A DNA stretch of 64,000 nucleotides from the human T2T-CHM13v2.0 reference genome, Homo sapiens, in assembly GCF_009914755.1 (NCBI RefSeq), contig NC_060927.1; one strand, 5' to 3'. The position numbers were made by a program, and so were the translations under genes. The notes under the pieces were generated by a model, which saw only the letters and a list, made by a program, of their open reading frames with translations, was not told the DNA's origin and ran no database searches. Shown here one piece after another: positions 43,865 through 57,089 of this stretch (positions are counted from its first letter, which is position 1; every line of letters begins with the position of its first letter).

Positions 43865-45651
43865 GCTAGTATTTTTTTAATGATGTTTGTATCTATGTTC
43901 ATCAGGGATAGTGGCCTATAATTTTCTTTTCTTGCAATGCCTTTGTCCTGCTTTGTAATTAGAATCATGCTGACCTCATAAAATGAGTTTGGAGAGTTTG
44001 GAAGTACTCCCTATCCTTCAATCTTTTGGGAAGAGTTTGAGAAGGATTGGCATTAGTTCTTCTTTAAATATTTGTGAGAATTCATCTGTAAAGCCATCAG
44101 GTCCAGGGCCTTTCTTTGATGGAAGATGTTTTATTAATGATTAAATCTCCCTACTTGTATTGGTCTGTTCAGATTTTAAATTTCTTCATAATTCAGTCTT
44201 GGTATCAGTTATAATGTCTCCTCTTTCCTTTCTGATTTTGGGTCTTCTCTCTCTTTCTTTAAGTTGGTCAAATAAAGGGTTTGTTGACTTTTTAAAAATC
44301 TTTTCAAAAAATCAGTTCTCAGTTTTGTTGATTTTTTTCTGTTGTTTTTCTAGACTCTATTTTATTTATTTCTGCTCTGATCTTTATTATTTACTTCCTT
44401 CTGCTAACTTTGGGCATAGTTTTTTATTTTTTCTGTAGTTCCTTAAGGTGTAATATTAGGTCGTTTATTTTAGATCTTTCCTCTTTTCTGATATAGGTGT
44501 GTATTGCTATGAACTTCCCTCTTGGGATTGATTTGCTGCAACCCTTAAGTTTAGGTATATTGTGTTTTCATTTTTGTTTGTCTCAAGATTTTTTTGATTT
44601 CCCCTTTGATTTCTTCTATCACCTATTGGTTGCTGAAGAGCATGTGTTTATGTGAAAATTCACATATTTGTGAATTTTCCAAGATCTCTCCTATTATTGA
44701 TTTCTAGTTTAATATCAATGTGATCAGAAAAGATATCTGATATGATTTCAATACTTTCAAATTTTCTCTGACTTGCTTTGTGGGTTAATATATGATCTAT
44801 CCTGAAGAATGTTCCATGCCTGCTTGTGAAGAATGTGCATTCTGTTGCTGTTGGATTGAATGTTCTATATATGTCTGCTAGATACATTGGGTTTTAAATG
44901 TAGTTCAAGTCCAATGTTTTCTTATAATTTTCTGTCTGGATTATCTGCTCATTATTGAAAGTAGGGTATTAAAGTTCTCTATTATTATTGCATTACAATC
45001 TATCTCTCCCTTCAGATCCTTTAAGATTTGCTGTATGTCTTCAGATGTTGGATGCATATACACACAATTGTTATATCGTCTTGATGAATTGACCCTTTTA
45101 GCATTATATAATGCCATTTTTGTCTCTTTTTGAAGTTTTTGACTTAACATCTATTTTGAATAATAAAAGTATAGCTACTCCTGCTGTCTTTTCATCTGCA
45201 TTTGTGTGGAACATCATTTTCCATCCCTTCACTTTCAGTCTGTGGGTGTCCTTAAAAGTGCAGGGAGTCTCTCGTAGGCAGCATATAGTTGAGTCTTATT
45301 TGTTTATTCATTAAGTCATGAATTCAGTCTTTTGATGGGAGACTTTAATCCTTTTGCATTCAAAGTAATTATTCATAGGTAAGGATGTACCACTACCATT
45401 TTGCAATTTTTTTTCTGGTTGCTTTGTAGATACTTTCATTCTTCCTTTCCTGCAGTGGTTTGATTGCTTCTGTGGTGGTATGCTTTGAATCCTTTTTATG
45501 TTTTGTGCATGTACTACAGATTTTTACTTTGGTTTCCATGGAGCTTTTAAAAAAAAAAATCTTTAACAGGCAATTTTTCAAGCTGATAGCAATTTAATGT
45601 TGATTTCAACAACTCTACACTTTAATTCACCCACCCATTTTGTGTTTTTCT

Positions 45652-45932
45652 GTTTGTTTTTTACTTTTATTTTAGGTTCAGGGGTACATGCATAGGTTTG
45701 TTATATAGGTAAACATGTATCATGGGGGTTTGATATACAGATTATTTCATCACCCAGTTACTAAACCAGTATCCAATAGTTATTTTTTCTGCTCCTTTCC
45801 CTCCTCTCACCTTCCACCCTTTTCCACTAGTAAGCCCCAGCATCTGTTGTTTCCCTCTTTGTGTCCATGTGTTCTCATCATTTAGCTCCCACTTATAATT
45901 GAGAACACGCAGTATTTGGTTTTCTATTCCTC
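45652..45932 (-). mobile_element. Short L1PA/PB 3'-end insertion
   Basis: ggttcaggggtacatgcataggtttgttatataggtaaac...tagctcccacttataa; degenerate TSD cattttgtgttt / cattttatgttt. Confidence 0.8.
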
Positions 45933-48900
45933 ATTTTATGTTTCTGATGTCAAAATTTACATCATTTTATAATTTGTGTCCCTTAAAAATTTATTTTAGC
46001 TATAGTTGTTTTTAATGGTTTTGTCTTAAAAGACAAAACCTTCATACTGAAAATAAAATTGCTCTATACACCATCATTGCAATATTAGAGTATTCTGAAT
46101 ATGGCTGAATATTAGAGTATTCTGAATATGACTCTGTACTACTTATGTCATTGAGTTTTGTGGTTTCATATGCTTTATATTATTAATTAGCAGCCTTTCC
46201 TATCAGATTAAAAAACTCCCTTCAGCAATTCCTATAAGACAGGTCTGCTGATGATAAACTCTCATAGCCTTTGTTTATCTGGGGAAGTTTTTATTTCTCC
46301 CTCATTTTTGAAGGACAGATTTGCTAGGCACAGTATTATTGGTTGACAGGTTGTTCTGTTTTCCCTTCAACACTTTGTATGTATCATCCCACTCTCTCCT
46401 ACCCTGCAAGATTTCTGCTGAGAAGCCCATTGTATTGTTACTCACTTGTATGTAATAAGTTTTTAAAAATCTTTTGCTTCTCTTAGAATTTTTTCTTTGT
46501 CTTTGATTTTTGACAGTTTGATTATTATGTGTCTTGATGAATTTTTCTTTAGCTGAATTTGATTGGTGACCTCTGCACTTCTGGTACCTGGAGGCTGTCA
46601 TGTTTCCCCAGATTTGGGAAGTTTTCAGGCATTATTTCTTTAAATATGCTTTCTGGCCCTTTTCCTCTCTCATTTCATTCTTTATTCCTATTATGTAAAT
46701 GTTATTTCTCTGGATGGTGTCTCAGAATTTCCATAGGCTTTCTTTATTCCCTTTCATTTTTTTCCTTTTTCTCCTTTGATGTATAATTTCAAATGTTCTC
46801 TCTCCAAGCTCACCAATTCTTTCTTCTGCTTGATTGAGTCTGCTGCTGAAACTCTCTACTTATTTCTTTGGTTCAGTCACTGTATTCTTCATCCCTAGGA
46901 TTTCTATTTGTTTAATGTTTCTATTTCTTTGTCAAATTTCTCAATTTGTTCACATATTGCTGTCAAAATTTCATGTAATTTCCTATCTATATATTCTTAC
47001 AGTTTGCTGAACTTCCTTAAAAATGATTATTCTGAATTCTTTGTCAGTCATTTCATAGATCTTCATTAGTTCAGGGTCCATTATTGGAACTTTATTAATT
47101 TCTTTTGACAGTGGCATGATTCTCTGATTCTTTGTAATTCTGTGTCCTTGCACTGGTGTATGTGCGTTTGAGGAAACAGCCACCTCTTTTGGCCTTTATA
47201 GGTATTCTCTGGCAAGCATAGACTTTTGTTATTTAGTCTAGCCTGGAATTCTGGAAGGGCTAGCTGATAACAACCCAGGCAGGCAAAATTTATTGCCAAG
47301 TTCTCTAGTTGGCTGGGCTACTACGTTTGCTCTGAGGTGGAGTGGAGCTGGCTCTGCTGCCCAGCAAGACCACTGCCTTGGCCCTGCAAGCAGGCAGAGT
47401 TGCTTGCTGAGCTCTGTGATGACTTCTGATTGGGCACAGTCACAGGGTGTATTTCCTGGCTGGGTGGTGCCACTGTTGGAGTTCCATAGTTAGACAAGGG
47501 TATAGGCTGAGCTCAAAGATTAGGTGAAGTCACAGCTCCAGATAGATGGGTCCAGAGGCTATGCTCCATAGAAATGGATAGTGGCAGGTGTCTCCCCGCC
47601 TGGGAAGTACCTTGGGGTGAGGTTGAGCAGAGCTGCTGTTTGTACTAGCAGGTTAAACAGGACTAGCCCTTTTGCTCTGCAGAAATCCACGGTGCGTGGC
47701 ATCTTTCTGCTTGGGCCAGGCTTTGGGGTGTCTGCCTATTTTAAATTATATTGTTTTTGTTGCTGTTGTTATTGTTGAATTTTAAGAGCTATTTTTATAG
47801 TCTGGCTATTAATTCCTTATCTCATATATGATTGACAAATGTATTCTCCTATTCTTTGGATTGTCTTTTTATTCTCTTAATAGCGTCCTATGATGCACAG
47901 AAGTTTTTAATTTCAATACAGTCCAATTCTTTTGTTACCTATACTTTCAGTATTATAGTCAAGAAATCATTGCCAAATCCAACATCACGGAACCATAAAC
48001 TTTTTATTGAACAAAATGAATTTTGGAATTTCATCAATTACCAGCAAAAAACACCTTAAAATATTCATGAATGTCCAAATTCTACATTATAGTTAGACTG
48101 AAATTGAAGGAATGGGAAAAGACATACCATTCAAATATTAATTTTAAAAAGCAGAAGTGCTTTTTAAAGTACTTTTTAAAGCTAATGCTAGATAAAATAG
48201 ACTTCAGAGCAAAAAAATTTATTAGAGACAAGGATGGACATTATAAATGGTAAAAAGATCAACCTACTAAAAAGATGTAACAATCTGAAATGTGTAAGCA
48301 CCAAACCACAGAGCCTCCAAATATACAAAGGAAAACGTGTAGAACTGAAAGGAGAAATAGACAAATCTATAATTATAGTCGGAAATTTCAATACTCCCCT
48401 CGTAGCAACTAATAGAACTACTACACAGAAAATTGTTCAGGACATAGACAAACTCAACAAAATCATTAACCAACAGGAGCTAATTGACATAGGTGGGACA
48501 CTTCACCCAACAACAGCAGAATATACATTTTTCTCAAGAGCCCATGGAACACAGACCATATCTTGGGTCATTAAAAAAAAATCAGCAAACTTAACTGAAG
48601 CATACAGAGTGTATTCTCTCGCCATAATAGAATAAAACTAGAAATCAGCAGAAGAAAGATAAGAGAAAAATCTCCAAACATTTGGAATGTAAACAACACA
48701 CTTCTAAATAAATCAAGGGTCCAAGAGAAAGCCTCAGAAAAAATTTTAAATATAATAAAACTGAATGAAAGTTAAAACCCATGTCAAAATTTGTGAGACA
48801 CAGTTAAAGCAGTGCCAAGAGGGAAATTTATAGCACTAGATGCATACATTAGAAAAGAAGAAAAGTCTCAAACCAGTAATGTAAATTCCTATTTCAAGAA

Positions 48901-49078
48901 GCTAGAAATGTACAGCAAAATAAATGCAAAGCAACAAGAGGAAGAAAAAAAATAAAGAGAGCAAAAATCAATTAAATTGAAAATAAGAATATAATAGAGA
49001 AAAATCAATGAAACCAAAAGCTGGTTCTTCAACAAAATCAATAAAATGGATAAATCCCTAGCAAGACTGACAAAAGTA

Positions 49079-49377
49079 AGGCCAGGTGTGGTGGCTTGTG
49101 CCTATAATCTCAGCACTTTGGGAGGCAGAGGCAGGAGGATCACTTGAGCCCAGGAGTTGAAGACAGTCTGGGCAAAATAGGGAGACCCTGTCTCTATGAA
49201 AATTAGCAAGGCATGGTGGTGCATTCCTGTAGTCCCAGCTACTTGGGAGGCTGAAGTGAGCCCAGGAAGTCAAGGCTGCAATGTGCTAAGATTATGCCAC
49301 TGCATTCCAGCCTGGGCAACAGAGGGAGACCCTGTCTCAAAAAACAAAAACCAAAAACAACAACAACAACAACAAAA
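49079..49377 (+). mobile_element. AluJ
   Basis: ggaggatcacttgagcccaggagtt, gtcaaggctgcaatg; (CAA)n tail. Confidence 0.93.
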
Positions 49378-50174
49378 CTGATGAAAATAAGGCACAAATA
49401 ACCAGTATCAGGAATGAAACTGGTGTATCACCACAGGTCCTGCAGTCGTTATAAGGGAAATCTACAGCTTCATGTTCAACTCATTAGAATAAATACAAAA
49501 GCTTAGAAAATTGAACCAATTTCTTGAAAACCATAAATTACAAAAACTCAACCAAGATGTAACAGATAATCTGAACAATCCAATAACTATTACAGAAATT
49601 AAATTTGTAATTTATAACCTCATTAAAAAATGTCCAAGGTCAAATGATTTTATTAAAGGATTCTACCAAACATTTAAATAATCGATAGCAATTTTACACA
49701 ATCTCTTCCACAATATACAAGAGGAGGGAACACTTCTCAGTTCATTTTATAAGGCCCTGATACTGAAACCAAACAGAGTAAAAAAGAAACTAGTAAAGTT
49801 CATGTCAATTTCTCTTATGAACTTCAATGCAAAAATCCTTAACAAAATTGAATCCAAGTGTGTATAAGAAGAATTCTATATCATAACCAAGTGGGATTTA
49901 TTCCAGGTGGGCAAGGCTGGCTCAACATTTGAAAATCAATCAGTGATATCAATTCACCATATCATAGGATCATGTCATTTCATGCAGAAAAAGCATATGA
50001 CAAAATCTTACACACATTTATTATAAAAACTCAAAGCAAGTTAGGAATAGATGAAATTACCTCAATTAGATTTTTTAAAAAATCTATAAAAACCCTGCAG
50101 CTAATATATTTAAAGGTGAAAGACTGATTGCTTTTCTGCTAAGATCAGGAATAAGGCAAATATATCTGCTCTCA

Positions 50175-50453
<279 letters not shown>

Positions 50454-53400
50454 TCACTATTTGCAGATAACATGATTGTTTACTCAGAAAATTCCTAGAA
50501 GTGAGAAGCAAATTCAGCATGGTTGAAGTATACAAGATCAACACGAAAACAGACCCACACAAATATGCCTGCTGGAATTTTAAAAAATAAATCTGCAAAA
50601 GCAATTCAATGGAGGAAAAAGAACCTTTCCAACAAATGATGCTATAACAATTGGGTATCCACAGGCAAAAACTGTACCTCAACCTAAACTTCACATCTCA
50701 GAAACAAATTAACTGAAAATGGATCACAGATACAATGTAAAATGTAAAACTAAACTCACTTTTAAAATTAAAGAAAATCTTCCAGATTTAGGGCTGGGCG
50801 AAAGTTCTTACACTTGACACCAAAAGCAAGATCCATAAAATGAAAGATTGGTAAATTGAGTCTCCTCAAAATTGGAAAGTTTTCCTCTGCAAAAGCCCAT
50901 GTGAAGAGAATGAAAAGACAAGCTAGAGACTGGAACAAAATATTTGCAAACCATGTATCTCACAAAGGACTTTTCCTAGAATATATAAAGAACTCTTCAA
51001 AATGCCACAGTAAAAAATAAAAACAAACCTCTAATTAGAATATGGGCAAAACATGGGAACAGACATTCCATGAGAAAAGAAATAAAGAAAAAGAAAAGGG
51101 TATACAGATGGCAAATCAGCACATAAAAAGATGCTCACTATCATTACCTTAGCCACCAGAAAAATGCAATTTAAAACCACAATGAGATATTACTTACCTA
51201 TCCGAATGACTAAAATAAAAAAACAGTGACACCACCAAATGCTGCCAAGTGTGAAGAAAAAAATTGATCACACCTACATTGCTGCTGGGATTGTAAAATG
51301 GCACAGGCAATCTGGAAAAGAGTATGGTAGTTCTTACAAAACTAAACGTGTGCTTACCACATAACCCAGCAATTGCCCTCTTGAGCGTTTATCCCAGAGA
51401 AAACTTATGTTCCCACAGAAACCTGTACATGAATGTTCACAGCAGCTTTATTTGCAACGGCCAAAATCTGGAAACAACCCTGCAATAAGTCCTTCAATGA
51501 GAGAATGGTTAAATAATCTACCGTCGTGGTACCTCCATCCCATGAATACTACCCACTAATAAAAAAGAATCATCTATTGATAATACATAATAATTGGATA
51601 CATTTCAGGGGAATTATGCTGAGTCAATAAAGACAATCCGAAAATACTACATTATTGTATAATTTCATCTGTACAACATTCTTGAAACGACAAAATTGGA
51701 AAAAATTGAAAGTAGATTAGTAGTAGTCAGGGATCGCCACTCACCCTCCAGGTAGGTGTGGTTATAAAAGGCAAAAAGAGGGATCCTGTGATAAGTTCGG
51801 TTCTGCATCTTGACTGTGGTGGTAGTTGAATTTACACATGTGATAAAATTGTATAGAATTATTTACACACACACAGAGGTTGAAGGAGAGAGAAATGAGT
51901 ACAAGTAAAACGGGAAATCTCAGTAAGATGGGTGGGGTTATACCAGTGCTAGTATCCTGGTTGTGATATTGCACCATAGTTTTGGGAATTTTTACCACTG
52001 GGGGAAACTGGGTAAAGGGTGGGTGCACAGGATCTCTCTGTATTATTATTATTTTTTACAACTGCACGTGAATCTATGATTATCTCGAAACATTTAAATA
52101 TGTATTTTTTAATGTGTGAATACTACTGGGCTATATATTTTTAAAAAATAAAGTACAATCGTCTTAAGAACGCAAAGGCCAAGGGGCAGAAGGCTATTTC
52201 TTAAATTTTAAGAAACCACCTAGTTCACAGGTGCCACCTCCTCACTTTGCTGTCAGCGACGTGATGTGCTCTGCAGTGCTGGAATTGAGAGTTCAAGAGA
52301 GAGATACCGGTCCTGGCCTCTCGGTGTTCAGGTGTGTGTATAGGTGGGCGTTGGTGTGAGAACGAGCGAGAGAAAGCGGGAGCAAGAGCGAGAGCTATGC
52401 CTCCCTTAGTGTCAGGGAGGGTGGCCGGCTGATGAAGGTGCTGTGCAGAAAGCCGGGGAAGGGCTTAAAGAGGGTGCTGGCGCCTCGGGAACGCCCTCCC
52501 GCTGCACCCTACAGGAGGTCGTGGGCGGTGGCTTAACAGCCCCAGTGCAGAGCTTGAACCCCACCGTCCAGAAGGAAAGGTGAGTGGGGGACCCGGGCGG
52601 GAGGTGAGGCCTGCCGGCAGCGGCCCTCAGGCGTGCTGGGCAGCACGGCTAGCAGAGGCGGCGCCTGGTCTTGGATGCTGCAGCGGAGACGCCAAGGAGA
52701 CTGAATGCAGGGAGCGAGGCGTAGCGGCCGCGGAGGGTGGGGCCGCCCGGAAATCCAGGCGGCGCCAGCCTTGTAGCATCTGCAGGCCGGGGGCGCGCAC
52801 ACGAGGGGCACGTGGGTGTGGAGGAACCGGCGCGGCGGGGCCTCCTTCCTGCAGCGCCGCGGCGGTCGAGTGCCCGTGCTGGAGGAACGGCGAGTGGGGT
52901 GCCTGCCCCGCGCAGGCGGTACCCGCCGCCCCAGCTCCGCACACAGCAGGCACGGCCAGGGACCGGGACCGTGGCCCAGCGCCTGGAGGCGCTCTCCACG
53001 CGCATCTTTCCCGATGCCGGGGCGGGAAGCCGAGTGGCTTTGTCCGGAGATGCCAGGGGATGTGGGCAGGGGACGAAGAGGTTTCCCAACTGGCCAAACC
53101 CTGGCTTGAGGAAAGACTGAGGTGGTCATTGACCCGTGGGAGCGCCCTGGGGCTTCGAGGGAACGGCAGCCGAGCCCGGGAGACTGGTGTTGGGTACCCG
53201 CGGGGGCCGGCGGGTTCCACGTGGGTGGACCCCGAGCTGAGGGCAGGGTAGGGTCGCGGATCGCTGACCTATGAGCTCCCCTACTCCCGCACAAGGACAC
53301 CTGCACATGGACCCGGGCTTCCACCCGCTTCTGGCTGGGTTGGCGCCGGGAGCGCGCAGGGGAGGGACGGCGGCGGAGTGCGGGGTTTGGCGGGTGAGGT

Positions 53401-56400
53401 GGGTGAGGTGTGGCCGCGGGGGAGGGGGCGAAGGCACTAGAAGGCTGCGGTCGCGCTGTCGCTGCTGTTCCCACCGTCGGCGCGGGGCGCGGAGGGGGCG
53501 AAGAGGTGCCTGCCAGTCGCACTGCGGTCTAGGGGTGAAAGGAAAAGGGTCCATGTAAAGGAGAAAGGGCAGGCAGAGACTCTTGCTGGTGCCAGCAGGC
53601 ACGGAAGGATGTGGCCGCGGGGACTTGGAGTTTAGAGGGCAACGCTGGGTGTCATAATGCCGGAGATGACCCCGGGTGCAGAGGCGATTCCAGTTGGGTA
53701 GAGCTACAGAGAACGTGGCCCGAGAAGGGGAGCTTCCTTAAATTAGACATATCCTGTGTTGTCCTAAACCTAGCATTTACCCTCTCCCACCCCGCTCCCA
53801 CAACCTCCAGGGTCCTAGCGGAGTCATTTAAGCGCTCAGTACTACCAGCTTCATTTTAGGTAAAAATCAAGACTAATTCTGCACTTTATTAACCTCCTCG
53901 TACCCAAGTCACCACGGGGCAGCTTTTCACAGCCCTAAGGCGTGGTCACTTCAAGCCCACAGCGAGTTGCTCGTGTCCTCGGCTTCTGCTCCGCAAATCT
54001 CGGACGATGCCACCGGAGGACGCTGAAGGCAAAGGCTGGTGGGGCCAGGCGCCGGCGAGACTGCCGCGCTAGCACAGCTTCCGCGGGAGCCGAGTGCTGA
54101 CGGGCCTCGCGACCCCCTCCCGAGGGCAAACGGCTCGGCCCTCCAGGGACATTTGGTCAGTGTCACTCTCTCCCTACCGGGTGTCGCGCATTTTCTCAAC
54201 AGAACGTGACCCCGTAGACGGATGAACTCGGAATCGGCAAAACCCGCCTGCCCTTGTCTAGTCTCTCTGCCCCACCACACCACTGCCCTTCACTGCGGAC
54301 TGCGCCGTGTGCGCTCCGGGACCGCCCCTGCACCTTTGCCCACAGCTTCCCATTACCAAGGCAGCCGGAGGAAGACCTTTCCGAGTTACCTGTCTCACGT
54401 CAGCAGCCACACCGAGGCGGTCCCCCTCGCACCACTCCCCAAGTGCAGAGCCCCTGAAAGTCCGAGGCTCCTGTGCCACGCACCCTCCCCCCTGCGGGGC
54501 GACCCCGCGTATGCGTGTGTGTGTCACGCGTTTAATCGCACAGAGTAATTCCCAGACGTGCAAGACAAAGCATTTCAAGCAAAGATGGTCCAGAGTTCAA
54601 ATTGGAAAGCACATCTCGAGGCGCTGAATCTGTTCTCGCCGTCTGCCTCGGTCTCTGGGGCGTCGCATCCAGGAGAAGGGTTTTAACTCCCTGCCAGATC
54701 CGCTCGGAATTAGCTCTTCTGGCGGTGCAGCAACAAGTGGCCCCGCCGCCTCCCTTGTGCACTCGGAGGGACTACATCCTCCTCCTCTCCCAGCCCCTAG
54801 TCCAAACGGGAGTAGGTAATGGCGGGGAAAGGGGGAGGTGACGAGAGCGGGGAGAAGGAAGTACATATTTTTTAATTGTGAAATTGTCTGTCTGCGTGCT
54901 GTGCTCTGGGATTCTCTTGTCTCAATCAACTTCAATTTTAACGTGGCCGTAACGTTAAGATTAAGACCTAGAAATGAAAACGTACCCACCTTTCTTATTA
55001 CAAAGGTCGTTTGTTGTTGTTGTTTTTTTAAAACACCAAGTAACCCCCCCCCCCCCCCACGGACTTATACTTTGTTTATGAGATTTCTCCAACCTTGGTG
55101 GTTTGGAGAAATGAGGTGGGGGAGGGGAGGACCAAGGGCAGCAAGACGTCCACTACGAAAATAAGATACTTACTAATTTAATAGGGCCGTTCCTTTTTAC
55201 ATAAGATGCTCCCCCACCCCCCACCAATTTACAATAGGTAAACTTTGAGCTTCCTCAAAGTTTCGCTATCTAGCGTTTATGCCCGAAGCTTTACGAATAA
55301 ACTCCCTTTCCAGGTAAACCTGCCCAACCCTTGTCCTATGCCCAGCGAAGCCCAGGTACGATGGGTCAAGGACCCCTGGCTTCCACATTGTCTGAGTCAC
55401 GTTCCAGTTGGAAAGGCCATCTTGGGCGAGGGACGTGTTGCCCGACTGGTCTAAATAAGGAAAGAAAGTGGAGTACCAAAGAATCAAGGGCCTCTGTTCC
55501 TCCCCATCCCGCCACCACCACCACCGGTCCCCGGGCTCTGCTGAGCGCTGCGGCGGTCTTGGCTGAAAACTGCGTCCCCGCCCAAATCGAGCGCAAAACT
55601 CCCTTGGACAGAAGTTTGAAAGAATCCAGTGTAGAAACAGACTTCTCCGTCCAATTTGGTTTTAATCAGTAATCATATAAGTATACCCACATAACCACCT
55701 AAGTGGAGAGCAGACGCCCAGATTCACGGTCCCCACGTGTTGCTGGAGTTGGCGCAGACGCGTGTGCGGGCATAGCGGCGGACGTGACACCGCATTTTCT
55801 CCGAATTCCTGCCATCTAGGGTGGTGCCGCCCCAAGAGGGGGCCGTGGGGAGGTGGGGTAATAGGCTGCGCAATCCACTTGCTCTGGGGGAGCTTAGGGT
55901 TCAGAGCAGAGCGCAACTCCGGGGGGCTGTCGCACAGCCCCATTCTCCCACACCAGAAGAGCAATGCTCCTTATGGATGATTAATAGCCGGGCTTCTCCT
56001 GACCATGCGGCGCGTCCCTGCCGGCACCACTTAGTTGTTTTAATTTGACCTTTATTAGCAACGTGCTCCCAGAGGCTGCGAGTTGGATTCGCACCACGAT
56101 AACGGCCCTCTCCCCTTCCACCCGGCCGGCTTCCTGGGAAGGATCGGGGACTGCAGCTCCCGCGACGCCTCCTCCTCCTGCGCAGGGAGCAGGCCTGAGT
56201 TCCTCCACGTAATGACCTGGGAGACCTCAGGCATCCCGGGGCCTGGTCGGAGGGTCTTCGGGCCCTGGAGCTGGGCGGTGTCTGCAGTGCACCGCCGTGA
56301 GTTTCTCTCGGGTACAATGTGCTGGTGTGCAGAGAGGAGGAAAGGAAAAAAAAAAAACCCAACACCACTCTTAAGTGGCACTGGCATCTATGAAGTGGCA

Positions 56401-56689
56401 GTGGTCTACACTGAGCGTGCCCTTGCCTGGAGGTGTAGGGGGCGGTTACTGCAGCCGAGGGGAGGGTACTGCGGCCAAGGGCAGGGCGAGAGGACAGTCA
56501 AGGCCGGCTGGCCGCGTGGGAGCCTTTCCTCTCCGGGTTCAGCGGCCGGAATCACCAGCACTGCGGCTAAAGGGGCTGGTAGGCTCTCCTGCACCCCGCG
56601 TGCTCCTCCGCCTTCTCTGTGTCCCCCGGCTTTTCCAGGAGGAAGATGGGGTGCCCATCGCGAATGGGGCGCGCCGGGCCGCCTGGCCG

Positions 56690-56880
56690 GGCGGTCACGT
56701 GTCCCCCCTCCCCCGCCACTGCGGCGGGAGTTCCAATCAGAGCGCGCCAGGGGGCTCCTCCCGGGCAGGAACCACCCGGCTCGGCGGCGGAGGGTGGGCC
56801 GCCGTCACCTGACCGCCCGCCCCCGCCCCCCGCGAGTAAGGGGCGGTGGTAGCGTCTGCTCGGTTACAAATGGCCCCTCC
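56690..56880 (+). promoter_or_regulatory. Candidate core promoter
   Basis: GTCACGTG E-box 56694-56701, CCAAT 56733-56737, CCCCGCCCC GC box ~56821, AAATGGC YY1-like ~56868, upstream of a strong donor. Confidence 0.6.
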
Positions 56881-57089
56881 CGCCCGGCTCGCCCGCTCGC
56901 TCGGGCTCGGCGCGGACCCGCCTGGGCGTGCTCCTCCCGCCGGCTCCAGGCGTCCCACCGCCCTGCCCGGCGCCAGCCCGCGGTCCCAGCCACTCCTGAG
57001 GGCGCGCCGGGCACCCAGCGCGTAGGCTCGCCCACGGAGGTCGACACGGAAGTCTGGACCGCCGAGGCGTGTGGCTCGTCTACCGGCAG
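56860..57089 (+). other. Candidate first exon (start approximate), unidentified gene
   Basis: Ends in CAG|GTGAGC at the 3' edge of the CpG island; contains ETS motif CGGAAGT; downstream sequence is T-rich and intron-like. Confidence 0.65.

Noticed and set aside
46081-46130. 27-bp tandem duplication in L1MA (and 20-bp duplication in the Alu at 43574)
   Set aside because: Ordinary slippage duplications; two copies only, no spacers, not CRISPR-like
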